This document shows positions 14,178 to 29,256 of a stretch of 64,000 bases of DNA, piece after piece. The position numbers and the translations under genes are program-made. The stretch is from NCBI GenBank assembly GCA_002633005.1, contig NMRA01000045.1:861552-925551 (forward strand). The letters run 5' to 3'. The notes below the pieces were generated by a model that was not told the origin of the DNA, did no database searches, and saw nothing but the letters and a program-made list of their open reading frames with translations. This DNA comes from Phoronis australis (Eukaryota > Animalia > Phoronida). Numbering within the stretch: the first letter of the stretch is position 1; every line of letters begins with the position of its first letter.

Positions 14178-14251
14178 CCGTGTCTCCGGTGAGACTTGAA
14201 CCCAGGTTGCAAGAGCGATAGTCAAGCATCTAAACTATTCGCCCAAGAGGC
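14178..14251 (-). pseudogene. tRNA-derived SINE head or tRNA pseudogene
   Basis: Minus strand reads ttgggcgaatagtttagatgcttgact...cctgggttcaagtctcaccggagac, with A-box-like and B-box (GGTTCAAGTC) elements at tRNA spacing. No clean cloverleaf is visible. Confidence 0.4.
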
Positions 14252-17200
14252 AACTGACACTTGGCAAGGGGCTTAGAGAGGCTTTATCTGACTACGTGTG
14301 GTCACAACTGGAAGTCACGTTTCACAATATTGCCATTCATTACAACACTAATACTTGTTCTTCAGATCAGAAATGATTTTTGAACTGGCAAACAATTGGC
14401 AGCCAGATTTGAATGTAATCCGGAATGGCCCAATTGCAGTTACACATATTTTTATTCGTCAAATCCCGTATAGAAATATAAAAAACGCAGTAAAACGCAT
14501 AGATAAAATAGCAGCACATGAAATGCGCTGAAGATGACTAAGTGATTAAGTGTAGAAGAGATTTATTTACACGTGGACCCAAACACATAAGAACCCCTTC
14601 ATACATCTTCTAAACAAAAAATCCAATCTAGTCTGAATAGGGAACAAATTGATGCCAATCAAACTTAACGGTAACTGGTAATGGTTCAAATTCAAGTTGT
14701 ATTTTGTCAAGTTCATCTGGCAAAAAACAAAAATCAAAAGAGGCCAACCACAATAAATTTTGAAAGCGTTTTCTAGAGTCGTCGATGGTCTCAATGTTCT
14801 TGTTCATGGCCCACAGAATCCTATAAGGGTAAGGAATATAATGATATATTGTGAGGATAAAAGCCTCATTTGATGCTTGTGTTTTAGCCAGCAAAATGAG
14901 ACAAAATGCAGCTTTAAATACAAAAAAGTTACCGGTATTACACTTTCGTGACAGAATGCTTCAGAGGGCGTGGCTCAGACAGTAATATAGCATAGAACTA
15001 CAGAAGGCACCTGTACATTTAACAAATTGTTATGTACAACACCTGTTAACTAACTCAATCCACCATGATTTATCATACAAAGGAGATAGTAGGCTCTGAC
15101 ACTGACAGCAATAACCCTGGGGGCCACTCTTAGCATGTATGTTTACCTGTATTCCCAATTCGTGTATTCAGGCCAATGCATCTACCGTAATTATACATTT
15201 TTTTCAGAAATCTGTCTCAAGTGTGTTTCTGTAGTATAGAGACCCTGGTTTTCTGCAATAATGGAAAATGGATGAAATTCATGGAATTGGAATTCTAAAA
15301 TGGAATTTGAGGTTTTGAACAGAGTCCAAGTCGGTAGTAGATATTATAATTGTAATATTTCTTGCTTTAATTACAAAAACTTAAGAACAAAATTCAACAA
15401 ATTCGTCACCCAACAAACGGATTTCTTTATTTTTGAAAAAAGGAAATCAGGGCCTATAGCGTAAGCTTCAGTTCAAAATGATGTTTCCGGTGTCTTTTGA
15501 ATTCAGATCAACACCAATAGTTTTGTAATGGATAGGTTGAGCTTTACTCGTATTTTAAAAACTTATCCCTTGGTATTTCGTACATTTGCGGAAATTTGGT
15601 TATAGGAGCAGCTTCAGAGTACATACACAGACTTCAATACGTGCCTATATGGTAAGTGCAAACTCTGAAAATAGACCTTAATGCATTGTCTGGGGGAGGG
15701 AGGGATGTACATTGTTCCAAGAGGGTGCAAACACATTAGAACGGTTTATAGTTTTTTGAAAATGATATTCTTTATGCCAAAAACAGCAGCAAAATATACC
15801 CTAAATTATACACATTAAGGGAAAGCTTAACAATGCCTTGAAAATGCATGTTATGTTACTTTGGGTTGTGTGTCCCCCCAGGGCATACTGACTGAAACCT
15901 ACACCTCACCTTAAATGGAAGGTAGGGGAGCTAAAATATTATAAGTTGATTACTGATAATAAACTAATGAGGTGACTTGTTAAACCCGTCTAGACACGTC
16001 GTATCAGATAACCAAGGAATCCGAACACTACAGCAACAACTTGTATTTGAGGCGGACAGAAAAAATGTCAGCAGATTTAGGAGGTGAAAAAAACAAGCCT
16101 GCAAAGTTTAATTGAAATTCCTGAGTCCAAAGACATTGTGGGCTTACAAATAAGCGTGCTGCAACTAAGGCAAAGATTTTTCAGTATAGAACTGTAATGG
16201 TAGAGTAATATTATTTGTCAGCAAAAATGCAAAGACAGGCTTACTTCATACTTTCAGAGAGCAGCTGCCTGAGGCCAACAAGTGATAAATTTTTAGCACA
16301 TGCAAATACAAAGCAAATCCTTCAAAATGGCGATCTTCGCTATTATTTTACAAATATACGGTACTTAAGACAAATTACAGATTCTTTACTAACTTAACAC
16401 ACCTATGTACATATTTTTTGGCTTTTGGTTTAAATACGCAACAAACATTTTTCTCAATTCCTTTCAAAAATTGATAACTTAAATTTCTTAATGGTCCAAT
16501 GAATCAAATATTGCAAACCCGGGTTTTTCCCTTGATTTTGTCTCCATTATCAAGCAAGAACAGGCTACCAGGGGCGGATCCAGGCCTTCCAAATGGACGC
16601 CTAGCTTTAATCTGGAGGCCCTGACAAGGACACCCAATGCTTCATTTGGAGGCCCACTTTCAATCAGAATTTCTCCAGTTTGGACACCCACATTGTAAGA
16701 TCACTAGGACTCCCACTTAATGTAAGTTCCCTGATAGTTCAAGAGAGAAGTGGTAGCCTTTTCAACTCAGAAGGAAATATACAATGTATATAAAATGTTA
16801 CAATGCTCAAACTATTGAAAACACCTGTCAATCATTACTACATTATTTAGTTGCTAATGTATGTTCCACTGAACTCTGCGTTCAGCGGTCTCACCACCAA
16901 AAAAATCAGTACTTCATATAGGGCATGGACCTTTCTTAACTCCAAACTGGCATTTCAGAGCTGTAGTTCCATATTTTACATGCTTTTTAAAAACACCAGA
17001 AGTAAAATAAATGTCATTATTTTAATACTATATTGTGCCACAAGAATATGCCTATTTAAAATTTTTATTTTTGAGTTTGCACCTGACTCATGCTTTTCAA
17101 CGAGCGTTTTAATGTCTTAATATGGAGAAGCAGGAACACCTGTTGCCAAAATATAAACCACACATCATGCATGCATTATTCTTGTGTAGATTACTATAGC

Positions 17201-17597
17201 TCTAATGACTTATTGTACAGCATATCAACGCTAGCTAAAACGATATGATAAACTTTATAACAACAATTTGACTCGAGATTGCCAAAAACATAGTGCACTC
17301 AATGTTCAACCAATTTCTGTAATATTTGTTTGGTAAGCTATTTTGCTGTTTTCGTAAATTTAGATGTAGAAGTTTTGTTCCATGCACTGTTTTTAGTAAA
17401 AAAAGCTCACTACAGGGGGAGCTGTTTTGTAAACTTAGATGTAAAAGCCTTGGTTTACACATTTTTTGTAGAAACCTCACTGTGTGTGGAGGTTAATGGT
17501 GAAATGAGGGGGCAACGCGCCGTTGGAATCATGGACGCCTTGGAATATTGCGAACCCATTTTGGACACCATATTTACAAAATCCTGGATAAAGCCCT

Positions 17598-17721
17598 CAG
17601 GGCGGATCCAGGATTTTTTTTAAAGGGGGGTCAAAGTCAACAATTTCTGGATTTGATATGACTAAAATCAAGGGGAAACAGGGGGTCCAGGCCCCCTTGA
17701 CCAAGCCTGGATCTACCTATG
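17598..17721. mobile_element. Short hAT-like MITE (CAGGGCGGATCC-type ends)
   Basis: cagggcggatccagg ... cctggatctacctatg is an inverted repeat. Related ends occur at 16569 and 45285-45430. Confidence 0.55.
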
Positions 17722-20700
17722 ACTGTATGAACAACATGACTCATGCACCTATGAACACGGTTCACAAACATGTAAACTCAGTTCAAGACTCATTCACAAA
17801 CTCTCAAGCACTAAAAAAGCATGACTTGCACAAAAAGCACAACGCACAGACTCGTATCCACTAAGAACACAAACACGGCTTTAGCACCAATAATCATGGC
17901 TGCTCACGGCCTTTTCACTGCTCATCCGCATGTTTTAGTTGTCACTGGATGTGATTATACCAGCTGTGCTGTTTGTGTGCATATGGTAGTCACGCTTTAA
18001 GAGTACGGGCATGAGTTTGTGAGTGCACTGTACAAATCCGCGAGTCAAATTGGAATGTGAGAAACTATGACGTCGTGTGTCAGCCGTGTTGTTCGGGTAG
18101 CCTGAATATAATAGAATTCTACCATCACAACCCCTGGTGTAAATCTTTGGCCAAAAAGCACCACTTTCAGTCCTAGATGCAGACAAGAAACATTTTGAAA
18201 GTTTATGCTGCAGAGTCTAAGCATAAATCGTAATAGTAATAGTAGTCACTTACAGGGGTTCGGCATTTCGAGAACCAGTTTTCTCCACTTAATAACGGGC
18301 ATTGGTTCTCAAAATCAGGACCCATGCAAGGGACTATTACCACACAAACTATTATAGGGTCACCTCATTGACGCAAGGTTTACTGATTTAATAGCTTCAC
18401 AGAATTTTGGTAACTTACTCCTAGGTGCAAAACATGATAACAGGTGGGTTAAATACACAATAGATGGGTTAACAAATATTTAAATTTGTAAACCATGACA
18501 TCAGGATATGCATTGAAAATATGCATAGAACTATAGACTCTGTGTTCTGCTGTTATCTTCATGACGTAGATACTTTAATACCAAAGCCTGTACATAGATG
18601 CAAGCATAATAAAACACCTGTTAGGAATTTAGTATGATTCAATAACAACCTTTGTTTATAGCTTTGAGGTACAGCACATTTAAGTGATTTGTACTGAAGT
18701 CAGTGATAACAGCCTGACTCAAGCCAGCCAGCCAGCAAGGACAGGAAATGCTTGGAAGACATGCCATATTTCAAGAAATAGTTTGCTGACTTGTTCAGCC
18801 AACTTAACACAAGATTCTGATCTAAGTTAGTCACAATCATTTCAATGGCAACATATCTGTAAAATTTCATGATTATTTAGTACCTTTGGCTGATAGATAG
18901 GCCCACACTAAAATTAGATGCAAAAGCAAAAAAGATGGCCACCTAAGGGAGAGCAGAGTACGTTACATAAGGTCATCCAGGAATAAGAACCTGTCATCCT
19001 ACCCTTTAGTAGAAACCTATGAAGGAACTTGGTAAATATAAATATGCAAAGTAAAACAAAACGGCCCATAGAGGCTGCCACAACTGTCCAAAAACAAACA
19101 TCAGTGTGTCCATCTCAACAGGAATACGAAAAACAGATATAAAAATAGCAAAACCAATGGTCATTAATTGGCGCAAATTACGTAGAATCTGTCTGAAAAT
19201 GGGGAGATGCCGCCATCTCTATAGCAGAAAACTATTTGCTTAATTTCATGAAAATTTGGCAAAGCACTAAGTAGAAGTAGAATACAAGGAACAATAGAAC
19301 ATAGGGTGAATGTCCTAGATAAATGGTCACATCTCTGGTCTGCATTCACATCCATAGAGCAAACGCATTGTCCAGCTTCCTATTGAACCCAGTCTGTATG
19401 TCTATCGTTGTGTTTGTTCAATGGAAATGAACACAGAACCATGACCCAGGCCTCTTGATGGGTCCTTCAGTCATCACTTTCCATTGTTGGATGGACAGTA
19501 GGCACATGCCAAGGGAACAGAAAGTAACACAGACCATGAATCTCCAAGATGAAGTAAAAAGGCATACTGTTGTTAGTTATGGTCCATGACTCATTTTCAG
19601 ACCAGAGCACACCTACTAAAAATACCAACATGCATCAATCTCAGCCTAGGACTTCTGAAAAGTAAGGTTTCAAACGCCACCATAAGTAGAAAAATCCGAA
19701 TCAGTTTTTCAGATCTTATGTGGAATTTCTTTTTTTTTGAAAAGTGAACAATTAAAGAACTAACATTTTCAAAAAATAAACAGATACCAGAACCAACTAC
19801 GCTTTTTTGGCCTAACGGGGTATCTGCACTTTTACTTGAACTGGTAATATCCGTACCAAATATAGAGCTGCTTTGCACATGAAGAGAAGCCTACACAAAA
19901 TTACTAGCTCAATGGTGAGAAAATCAGCTCATTAGAGCCTGACTAGTCATTAAATGTTCATTTAAATCTGAGGCTCTTCTTTTTAGTAGAATTTGTGTTG
20001 ACTCCCTTAAAGAAGACTTAGTCGGTTGCTATGGTAACATGAGGACAGGAATGATACATCAATAAAGACAAGATAAGATAATGAGTAAATAATTGCATTC
20101 CCACAGTTTGATGGCAGTTGTGTCATAAAGTACTGTCATAAATATTAACGATTTTAAAAATGCCTAAAAATCCTGTTTCTAAAGATAAGGTGCAGGAAAG
20201 TTTTAATCTCATTCCAAATGACGCTGGATTAGACAAGTCAAGCTCAAATGACTAAAGCAAAAAGTATTCATTTGATAAAGACTTGCATTAAGGTTATGTA
20301 CATGAACCCCTTGAAAAATGATCAAATTTGGCTACATTCGGAACATCCTATCTCAGAAAAGGCTGACTGGATTCACATGAAACTTTCAGAGACCATGTTC
20401 TATTCACTGTTCTCCAAACCGCTGTTAGGAATTCTTCTTATCATGTTTCCACTTTCGCACAAAGGGTGAAAACTGTAGCAGTGTTGACATTTCAATTTAA
20501 TCATTCATCTCAAACAAATTGTTATTGATACCGGTGTTTTGCAATGGATGTATCATTCGTTTTTCCTTAAAAGACATGGTTACGTGATCCAAACAATACC
20601 AAATCGGTATAAAGTCAAAAATCAAATTCAACAGGCTTTCTACTTTCAGAAAATAAACATACTTTTAGTAAGTTAATATCATTATATATTTTTGGCTAGT

Positions 20701-21338
20701 TTTACAAAATATAAAAACTGTGACTCGGAGGTTCAGCACTGGTCAGATCTGACACAAAATTTATACAGCAAAATATCATCAGTTTTTGGACAAAAGAGAT
20801 TGTCAATATTGGTCATTTTCTTCATTTTCCAAAGGTTTTTATCACTATTGAGACTGTCCAGTTTCCCCCAAACCATTATCTCGTGGTATAGAACTTAAGA
20901 CAGATAAAGCTTATTTTGTCTGATAAAAAATTAATGTTTAGAAGATGATGCTTTGCTTGTCCTAAATGAGATCTTACAACACGAGTTATTTTTCCTTGAT
21001 GAAGACCCATCAGCTAGAATTCATTACTTTGATTGTTCAAGGGTTTTGAGAGATGAAGAAGGCATTACCGTAAGCTGAATGCCCACACAGAGATAACACC
21101 AGCGAACACCCATATCTTCTGTTGGTGCATGAATAGCGGTGACGTCGATTCTTCCACAAACCAAGTAAACACAAAGTGGAGAGAAATGCTTTCCCAGGCA
21201 AAAAATGCCTCAAATTTAATGAATGCCGCAATAAAAATTTAGACTGATGCTTACATCTTAAAGCAAAAATCTAGCAACCAATAGTTCTGCCATTGCACAA
21301 ATACTTTTAAAACATCGATGAAATATGTAGATCAAATC

Positions 21339-21502
21339 GTTCTTTTACATTACACATGGGTGAAACATCAATCTACTTCCTGGATTTGTCATGACATAAC
21401 TACTGTAAAATCTAACCACAAAATGTTCTTTTACATTACACATGGGTGAAACACCAATCTATTTCCTGGATTTGTCATGACATTACTATAAAATCTAACC
21501 AA
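21339..21502. repeat. Tandem duplication, ~86-bp period x2
   Basis: gttcttttacattacacatgggtgaaaca...aaaatctaacca occurs twice in tandem. Confidence 0.9.
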
Positions 21503-23454
21503 TTAAGAACACAATATGGCGGACAAACAAAGTTTTACTTTGTCGTTTTTCCATAAAAGATACCCATTGATCAAACTAGTGTCGTACCATGCTCAATTTC
21601 TGTATCACAGCTTCCGCCAGGCAGTTTCTTGAAAAACAGTCTAGGCATTCGCAACACATTAAGCATCCCTTGAAGAATGAAAAGTAGAATTTCGTAAATT
21701 GTTTATGTCCCAAATTAAAATTGGTGAGATCTTAGGCATGGCACATAGTTAAACTTGAGTTGTGGAATCCGAATTTTTTAAAACATTTATTAAACAAAAC
21801 AATGTCAAATACAAAACATAGAGGTAGCATGAGAACTGGGTTTTATTTATGTAGGCCCAAAACATTCACACCCATTCAGCCATTCACAAAACCATGTTAA
21901 CTCTATTTACAATTCATACCAGATACCTATACATAAACAAATCTGTTTACCCTAATAATAATTTCTACTCAGACCATCTCTTTTCAAATAAATCTAGGCT
22001 ATTGTTTTTGATATATCTTAGTTTTTCTAATCCAAAATATTGTTTTAATTCCTTTCTGAAAAGATAAGGAGAAGGGTTACACTGTATGAGTATATACATG
22101 TCTTTTAGCCAGAACAACAACCAAAGTCCGACTTACCTGAAGTGTCGAGTGCATGAAGAAGAACAATACCATGGAACTTTGTCCAAGTTGAGCGAAAATC
22201 CAACTAATGCTCGCCTGATTTATGCAAGCTTTACTATAATAGCTGATTTTCGAAATAGCCGCGCCATACTGAAATTCGCTAACCCACCAGATGGCGATAA
22301 GGTTTTTGGTGGAGAGGTACTCAGCGCCACCTACAGATCCCATGTAATGCGGACAGGAGGTTTCGATCGACTGGTATAAACAGCATTTTAGCACCTTTCC
22401 TGATATTACAATGACGGCAACATTCCGCTGCTGTACGGTGGGATGTGCCAATGCTTAAGGAAAAAGGCAAACCTTTTGAAATATAAATTGATGAGCAAGG
22501 ACATCATGTTGCATACATTTCCCACTGTGAAGATGTATCCAGCGACAAAGAGGCTGATTAAGCGGGAAAATTTCGATTTCACCCGGTGTAAAAAAATTTA
22601 AATAAAATAGTGAACTTAAACTTAGAATTTATTCCTCTACTTTTAAACTCATGAACCACTATGCAATGGTTGAATATCTGTCCAGCAAATCTGAGTCGGG
22701 ATCAATCGGAGCCGGATGTCACTTTTATGCTCTCATTACTCAAGAGCGCAGCAACGCGAAAGAGTTCCCTATTACTACACCACGTAGAAGTGTTTACGAT
22801 AATAGTTATGAAATCTGCATGGTAAAATATTAATTCCTGGTAAAATGAAAGATCTCATCTAACCCAGTATTACCATTATTGTGAAATTACAAGCTGCTGT
22901 TTTCTCATCTGACAAGAAAAAGGAACAAATAACCAGAAAACAATGGAACTGTTCATCAAAACTGAACAGAAAAATTAAAATATGGATCCACAGTAAAAAG
23001 GAAATTTGCTTTTTCTTCAGGGTCTTGAAGCAAGATGATCTGGGTAATGCTTTGGGTAGAGGCCTTTTTATGGTTTTTAATGCTAGGAGTCAGCATTCCT
23101 TTAAACACATGAAGAAACTATGGATCAAATGGAGTGCAGGGATTGTTAGATTAATCAGTAGTAACTTGATTTACTCCAGCTTGAAAGCTGACCTTTCAAC
23201 TTGACCTAATTAGTGCTATCGCAGTCTCTATGGATGCTATAAACTGTCTTCTGGAAAAAATCACTTACCGTACATTTACAAAACTGGTCTCAACACGTTG
23301 GTTACTTAAGGATCCGGAAATCTCATAATTTGTCACTGCACAGGACCAGGTTCAACAGGCTGAGTTATGATATGCCAGGAGAATGGTCTCCAGCAGTAAT
23401 GATCACACAGTTGTTCCAAACCCACATATATGTTCTAATATGAGTAACCGACAA

Positions 23455-23664
23455 AAAGAGACCAGCTTAATTATAAAGAGACCAGCTTAATTATAAAGAG
23501 ACCAGCTTAATTACAAAGAGACCAGTTTAATTACAAAAAGAGACCAACTTAATTACAAAAAGAAACCAGCTTAATTACAAAGAGACCAGTTTAATTACAA
23601 AGACACCAGCTTAATTACAAAAAGAGAACAACTTAATTACAAAAAGAGACCAGCTTAATTACAA
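23455..23664. repeat. Minisatellite, 20-22-bp unit x~10
   Basis: Unit aaagagaccagcttaattac with a variable A-run. Confidence 0.93.
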
Positions 23665-23978
23665 TAAGTGGCCCAGATTAATTGACCGAAGGTAGGTTGG
23701 AAGCAGCTTTAGTACTTTTTTGAAAAAAGTTCACAAAGAACTGTTGTAACCAATTTTCTGAGAATTACTTAATTATTACTTCTATCATTACTACTATTAA
23801 CGCTTTATAAAAACTGGAATGTTCTTAGTAAGATTATGGCAACCTTCAAAAGTTTGGAAAAAATTTGAAAACTTTGTTCAAAATCTTCTATACCACCAAC
23901 CATGACACACTTTAAGTGAGTTACACCTGTCCAAAACTGTGTGGAAAAGACCAACCACCAAGAATCACTATGATCTAT

Positions 23979-24394
23979 AGCACCTTCCACACACAGAGAC
24001 TTACCTTAGAACAAGTTACTCCTGGGAGAGTTGTCACTAGGTTTGTAGGCTGTGTGAACGCTATTTAAACTGCAGCTTACCTCACTTGTGACAACTTAGA
24101 CCACCTTATGGAGGTGGGGTAACTCGTTCTAGGGTAATTTGTGCCACTTTTAATTCTTATATGGCCACAAACCTGGGGCAAGGCCGAAGTAATTGTCAGC
24201 TGTGGTTACATGCAAATGGGTCTTCTTTTGGGCACCATATTAGCATTAACTGTTTACTGCAATGCACAGAGCGACAACTTCCGTCTTATGCTCCCTAGTT
24301 ATTGGATATGTGTGTGCGGGCGCTCCATTTAAAAGTGAGGTAAGATGCATAAGTTCAAGTTGTTCTAGCGTATCTTGTGTCTGGACGGGACTTA
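23979..24394. mobile_element. MITE family A, copy 1 (~410 bp)
   Basis: Ends caccttccacacacagagacttacc ... tgtgtctggacgggactta. Internally collinear with the copies at 27339 (opposite orientation) and 43613. Confidence 0.8.
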
Positions 24395-27058
24395 TGACAC
24401 AGTTAGCCAGTGCTTTTATTTTTGAATCTTAGTTTTATCACTCATATGAGACAAAAATTATGTATTAGCAGGGGAAAGTACAGAGACTGGTTGAAACTGT
24501 CAAATAACAGTTTAGCATCCTTTTAAGTAGTCAGTATCACAAGAATTCAGCGGTTCCACAATCGCTGTCAACATTAGGATAAGCTGAAAGAACAACTTAG
24601 TCCCATTCTGATCGGGAGAATACACACCAGAAGTCAGTTTGCTTATGAAATCCCCTTATGTTTGCCACAGTTTAATGCTAAAGTCAATGAACTTTTATAG
24701 TCAACACTGACCACTGGGGTACACCTTGAGATTACATAGATTGTGTAGCAAGAAAACAAACAGGGTGATTTGGCTCAGGTATCAAGGGTTACAATCTATG
24801 AGAGAATGAGTCTAACCAGGAACAACCCACTTCTGTGCTTAACAGTATGCCTGGGCTAAGGTATCAACCATTTAGATCAGTCTAAAAATCAGGAGAGCAA
24901 TAAACTAACTCAACCAACTCCCCAGGTGTTAACTTTAAAATGCAGCAGCTACACAGAAATAGATACTGTATTCCATGCGGTTACACCAATGTTTGACAAA
25001 ATGCCCAGCCACCAATTTAAAAAAATTTTAGCTTTAAACGTTTCCTTGCGTCCCTCGATTTTCTGTGTATAACTGTGTTGTATTTTACTGTAGTCTAGTG
25101 ATCAGTAACAGTCAGTCTTCAGCATTTCAGGGTTTAATTTCTGCGGGCTCAGTGAAACGACAACAAATAGTAAGTTTAGTAACGAAGGTAATTAGCCAAA
25201 AAACTCAATCTGATGGTAAACCCATTGGCTGAATGATGAAATATGCAGAGTCAAACTGAAAAATGGGGGTTGAAAAGTTAGCAAGGACACAATACGGACT
25301 ATAGCTTGGCTACAGTAAACAACAGGTATAGCAGTTATCAAGGCAGGTTATTCTCAGGTAAAATGTCATGCACACCTGAGTTCACCACGGCACAATCAGC
25401 GTAATAAATTAACATACAAAAAACTCTCAAGCCTCTTATCGCGTGACAACAAGCCCCCAAGAGCTTGCGATATAAAATGAAAAATTGATAATTCAAAGTC
25501 GGCTAATTACGACGCATTTCTACGTGACATTGTATCACCATGCTGGCAAGGATTTACACTCTGAAATGCAGATGACAGATTTGCCCGACAGAATTGACAG
25601 CTTTTGAAACCATACCCATGCGACTTTTTTGTGCTTGAAAACGCCGAAGCATCAAAGGACGTCCATTATTGCTTTCTGAATAATAAGCTTTTGTCCATGT
25701 GTCAATCACATTTAAAAGAAAAGAATGGAGATCGATGCATAAAAGTTTATATTACATACTCAACTTCCACTTTCGAAAAGGCATCAAGTTTGTGACTTTT
25801 GGGTCAAAAAATAAAAAAATTCTATGTTTTAATTTAAAACTAGATGGCAGGGAGAAATTTTGGTTAAAGTCACGCATAGTGCTAATTGGGACAAAGTAAG
25901 ATCATGCACTTCAAACTTGAATAAATATCAACTTGGCAGTAGCAGTGATGATTCATTCCATTGAAGTATTCAATGAACTTCATTCGGTCCATGGAATTAT
26001 AACATGCAATTAGGAATACTATATTAGCGTAATAACAACAAAACAAAGGTTCCATCCCAAATCAAGAACCGATGTTTAACAAACATCATAATGCATGAAG
26101 CTATAAGAGGCAAATTATAAGAAACCAAGTTAAAGTTGGGAGTCACTTTCCTAAGCATTATTAAATCATAAGAACCTAATTACACCTAACCAATAATTAT
26201 CTATGAACCATGTTAAACGTCTCAAAAGTCCCCCAAGACTCAAATGCCTTCCAACATATATTGTAACCTCATCACCTAGTGCAAAAAAGACAACGGAGAT
26301 ATCACATTAAATAACCACAGCTCTCTTTACCCACCAATTATGCCATAAAGTTTAGAAAAAACATGTTTGTTTAAGCATCAAACAATAGACTACAGAATGC
26401 TACTCAAGTGCATTGTAACCTCTGAGGTAGCTATTCCATGAATTGCTGCTTTAGGAGGACAAAAGGGATGACTCATCAACAGGAGACAGTGAGGCCACCT
26501 AAACACTGGCTCATGTCATAGGAGTATCCCTCTTTCAACCCACATTTTGTGTTGGTAACAAAAGATGTAGCTTCTGAAGTGTTTATGTTGTTCTGTAATG
26601 ATGTTGGCTATGGTACATTGTATATAGGCAGGATTAATTGATGACAAGAAAATTTGGGGAATTTACTCTCTATAAATCAGCAGGTCCAGACAGTGAAAAA
26701 CTCTCTTTATATGCTGTGACCTTAACAGAGCTAAACAGTGAATGATTACATAAAAACCTGCAAGTCAGTGACATACCAGTGTGAAATATCTAAATAACAT
26801 TTGACATGGCATCTCAGAGCAAAAGCATAATAGTAATATGAATTCATGAATAATCCAGAATTCACAAATGGACACAGGGTGATATGGGCATATTTATACA
26901 GACAAGGAGAATTGATTTTCAATACCGGTCTATAATCTGGCTCAAGTTCACTTGTACGATTTGTATAATTCATTACCTAGAATATAGTAATGTAAGTCCA
27001 CACTGGGATCTTCTAAGCAAGTGCATGGCTTGTTTGGAGAATTTGCCAGGATTTTTAT

Positions 27059-27278
27059 GAGTGTAGGGTAGGGTAATGTCAGGTAGATCAGATCAAGAGT
27101 GTAGAGTAGGGTAATGTCAGGTAGATCAGATCAAGAGTGTAGGGTAGGGTAATGTCAGGTAGATCAGATCAAGAGTGTAGAGTAGGGTAATGTCAGGTAG
27201 ATCAGATCAAGAGTGTAGGGTAGGGTAATGTCAGGTTGATCAGATCAAGAGTGTAGAGTAGGGTAATGTCAGGTATAT
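27059..27278. repeat. Minisatellite, 38-bp unit x~6 with a 76-bp higher-order period
   Basis: Unit gagtgtag(g/a)gtagggtaatgtcaggtagatcagatcaa. The g/a variant strictly alternates. Confidence 0.95.
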
Positions 27279-27338
27279 CGGTTAAATGTATTTAAGATTT
27301 ACTTGCTAACTCGCTGAGCTTGCATTAATAGGTGACTT

Positions 27339-27749
27339 AAGTCCCGTCCACACACAGACTTACCGAAGAACAACTTGCCCTAAGTGCAACTTGCCACACT
27401 TTAATTAAGTAGCTCTATCCGTGGCAATGAACAGCTGATGCGAATGTGGACGCAAAAGAAGACCTGTCTGAGACGGGTCTTGTCTTGCATGCCATATTCG
27501 CAACAGCCATCTGTATGTAACAACAGTTGATAATTACTTCTGCCTTGCCGCAGGTTTGCAGCCGTGCAGCGGTTAGAAGTGGCGCAAGTTACCTTGGAAA
27601 AAGTTACCCTACCTCGATAAGTTAGAATAAATTATCACAAGTGGACCTGTTGCGCTAGTTTAAATAGTGTCCAGACAGCCCCCAAACCTAGTGACAACTT
27701 GTTCTAGGAGTAACCTGTTCTAGGGTAAGTGTGTGTGTGGATGGCACTT
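27339..27749. mobile_element. MITE family A, copy 2
   Basis: TIR aagtcccgtccacacacagacttacc versus ggtaagtgtgtgtgtggatggcactt. Confidence 0.82.
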
Positions 27750-29256
27750 CAGCTCAAACAAGCGATCTCAGGTATGAGACCATCTGAACAGTTTTCAAAT
27801 CTACAAAATTTAAGACATTTAAAAAGAACTTAACACTGACTGGAAAATCCAAAGTTACAACAAAAGTGCATTATCTATCGATACAGTTACAATTTTGTGC
27901 ATGCTTTGCTTGGAGGCTCCCTTTTTAAAGTTCAGCGTCAGAGAGTTAGCAAGCAAATTTTTCATAGCCAAATTTGAACTCTGAACTTGTCTTAATGTTT
28001 GTTATGAACTCAGTGATGCGTAATATTCACAATAACACATCAGCCAAGAGGATGCAAACACATCAAAAATCCATAAAATATGACGTAAACTCCCTAATAA
28101 CACCAACAATGCCTGTGCGTTTGGTGATTATTAAGACACTCAACTAAGGCTTAACAATTTAGAAGACATAAAAATTGCAGCAGGCAAATTATAGCACTTG
28201 GCAATTTTCGGTAACTAAAGCCTGTTCGGCCCTTAGCTGTTCAAAAACTGTGTCAATCGGCCTTCCAGATAGACAGGTTGTCAGCTCGTGACATTTTCAA
28301 AACTGGTTTGTCCAGTATAAGGTATTAAAAGCTTTCAAAGCCAAACAAAAACGTCCAAGCAACTTTACAAATGCCCTGTTGCACATGAAATCGATGGTTG
28401 TGGAATAAGTTGCTGTACAAATAGGATACCTAAAATGTTACTCAAAACATCTCATATCCATTTATCAGCTAAACTGGTCAAGTCATAATAAATCTAGTTG
28501 AAATAAATTATGCAAATGAGCATTAGGAAGATATTTTTAAAAACGAAAAGGCAAAAACATTTTGAATCAATTCCTTACACAAACGGGTACACAAATTCCA
28601 GGGGTGAGTTCTCTAGACGCAACTGAGACACTAGTCTAAACGCAAATTCCCGCAGGACCACACAAAATCACACTTAGCAAAAAGGCATCCTATGAAGTGA
28701 CTGGTTGATGAGGCTTGAATGTTGAATTATGGGACAACACCATTGCTGCCATTCCATGACTGGAGTTTTGTTGCCACAAGTGCATGGTGAGTCTTGGGTG
28801 TAAGGAACGCACCTCTGTGACTCCTTTTACAGTACACGGCAAAATTTCAATTTCGGACAAAATTATTGTTAAAATTGGTTGCTTTTTTCATTTTTCAAAC
28901 GTTTTAATCAGTTTAGTGAATGCTCACAGTTGCCAAACACGCTGGTAGACAAGAGCTCTGGTACAGAACTTTAGAGGCATAAAGTCTTGTGTTTAATGAA
29001 AAATGAAAAAGTAAAATCTTACTCACATCAGATGTCGCATCATAGCTGAGATGGCAAGACACATTGCAGCTTTTTAACAATAGTCAAACATCACAAAAGA
29101 CATGAACATATTCCACATTCTCAATGTAATAAACAACAATCTTCAAAAACCTTGCATGCATGCAAAACTACAAAATACCACCATCTCAGCCGCGTCTAGA
29201 CTGTTCGATCTGAGAATTTGCCCTTCAAACAGGATCTTCAGAGGAGAGCCTCCTAA

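Noticed and set aside
14178-14251. Functional tRNA gene
   Set aside because: A- and B-box-like motifs are present but the stems do not pair convincingly; kept only as a low-confidence SINE/pseudogene.
23455-27278. CRISPR-like appearance of short repeat arrays (also 4689-4918)
   Set aside because: Units are head-to-tail without unique spacers, there are no cas genes, and the DNA is eukaryotic intron.
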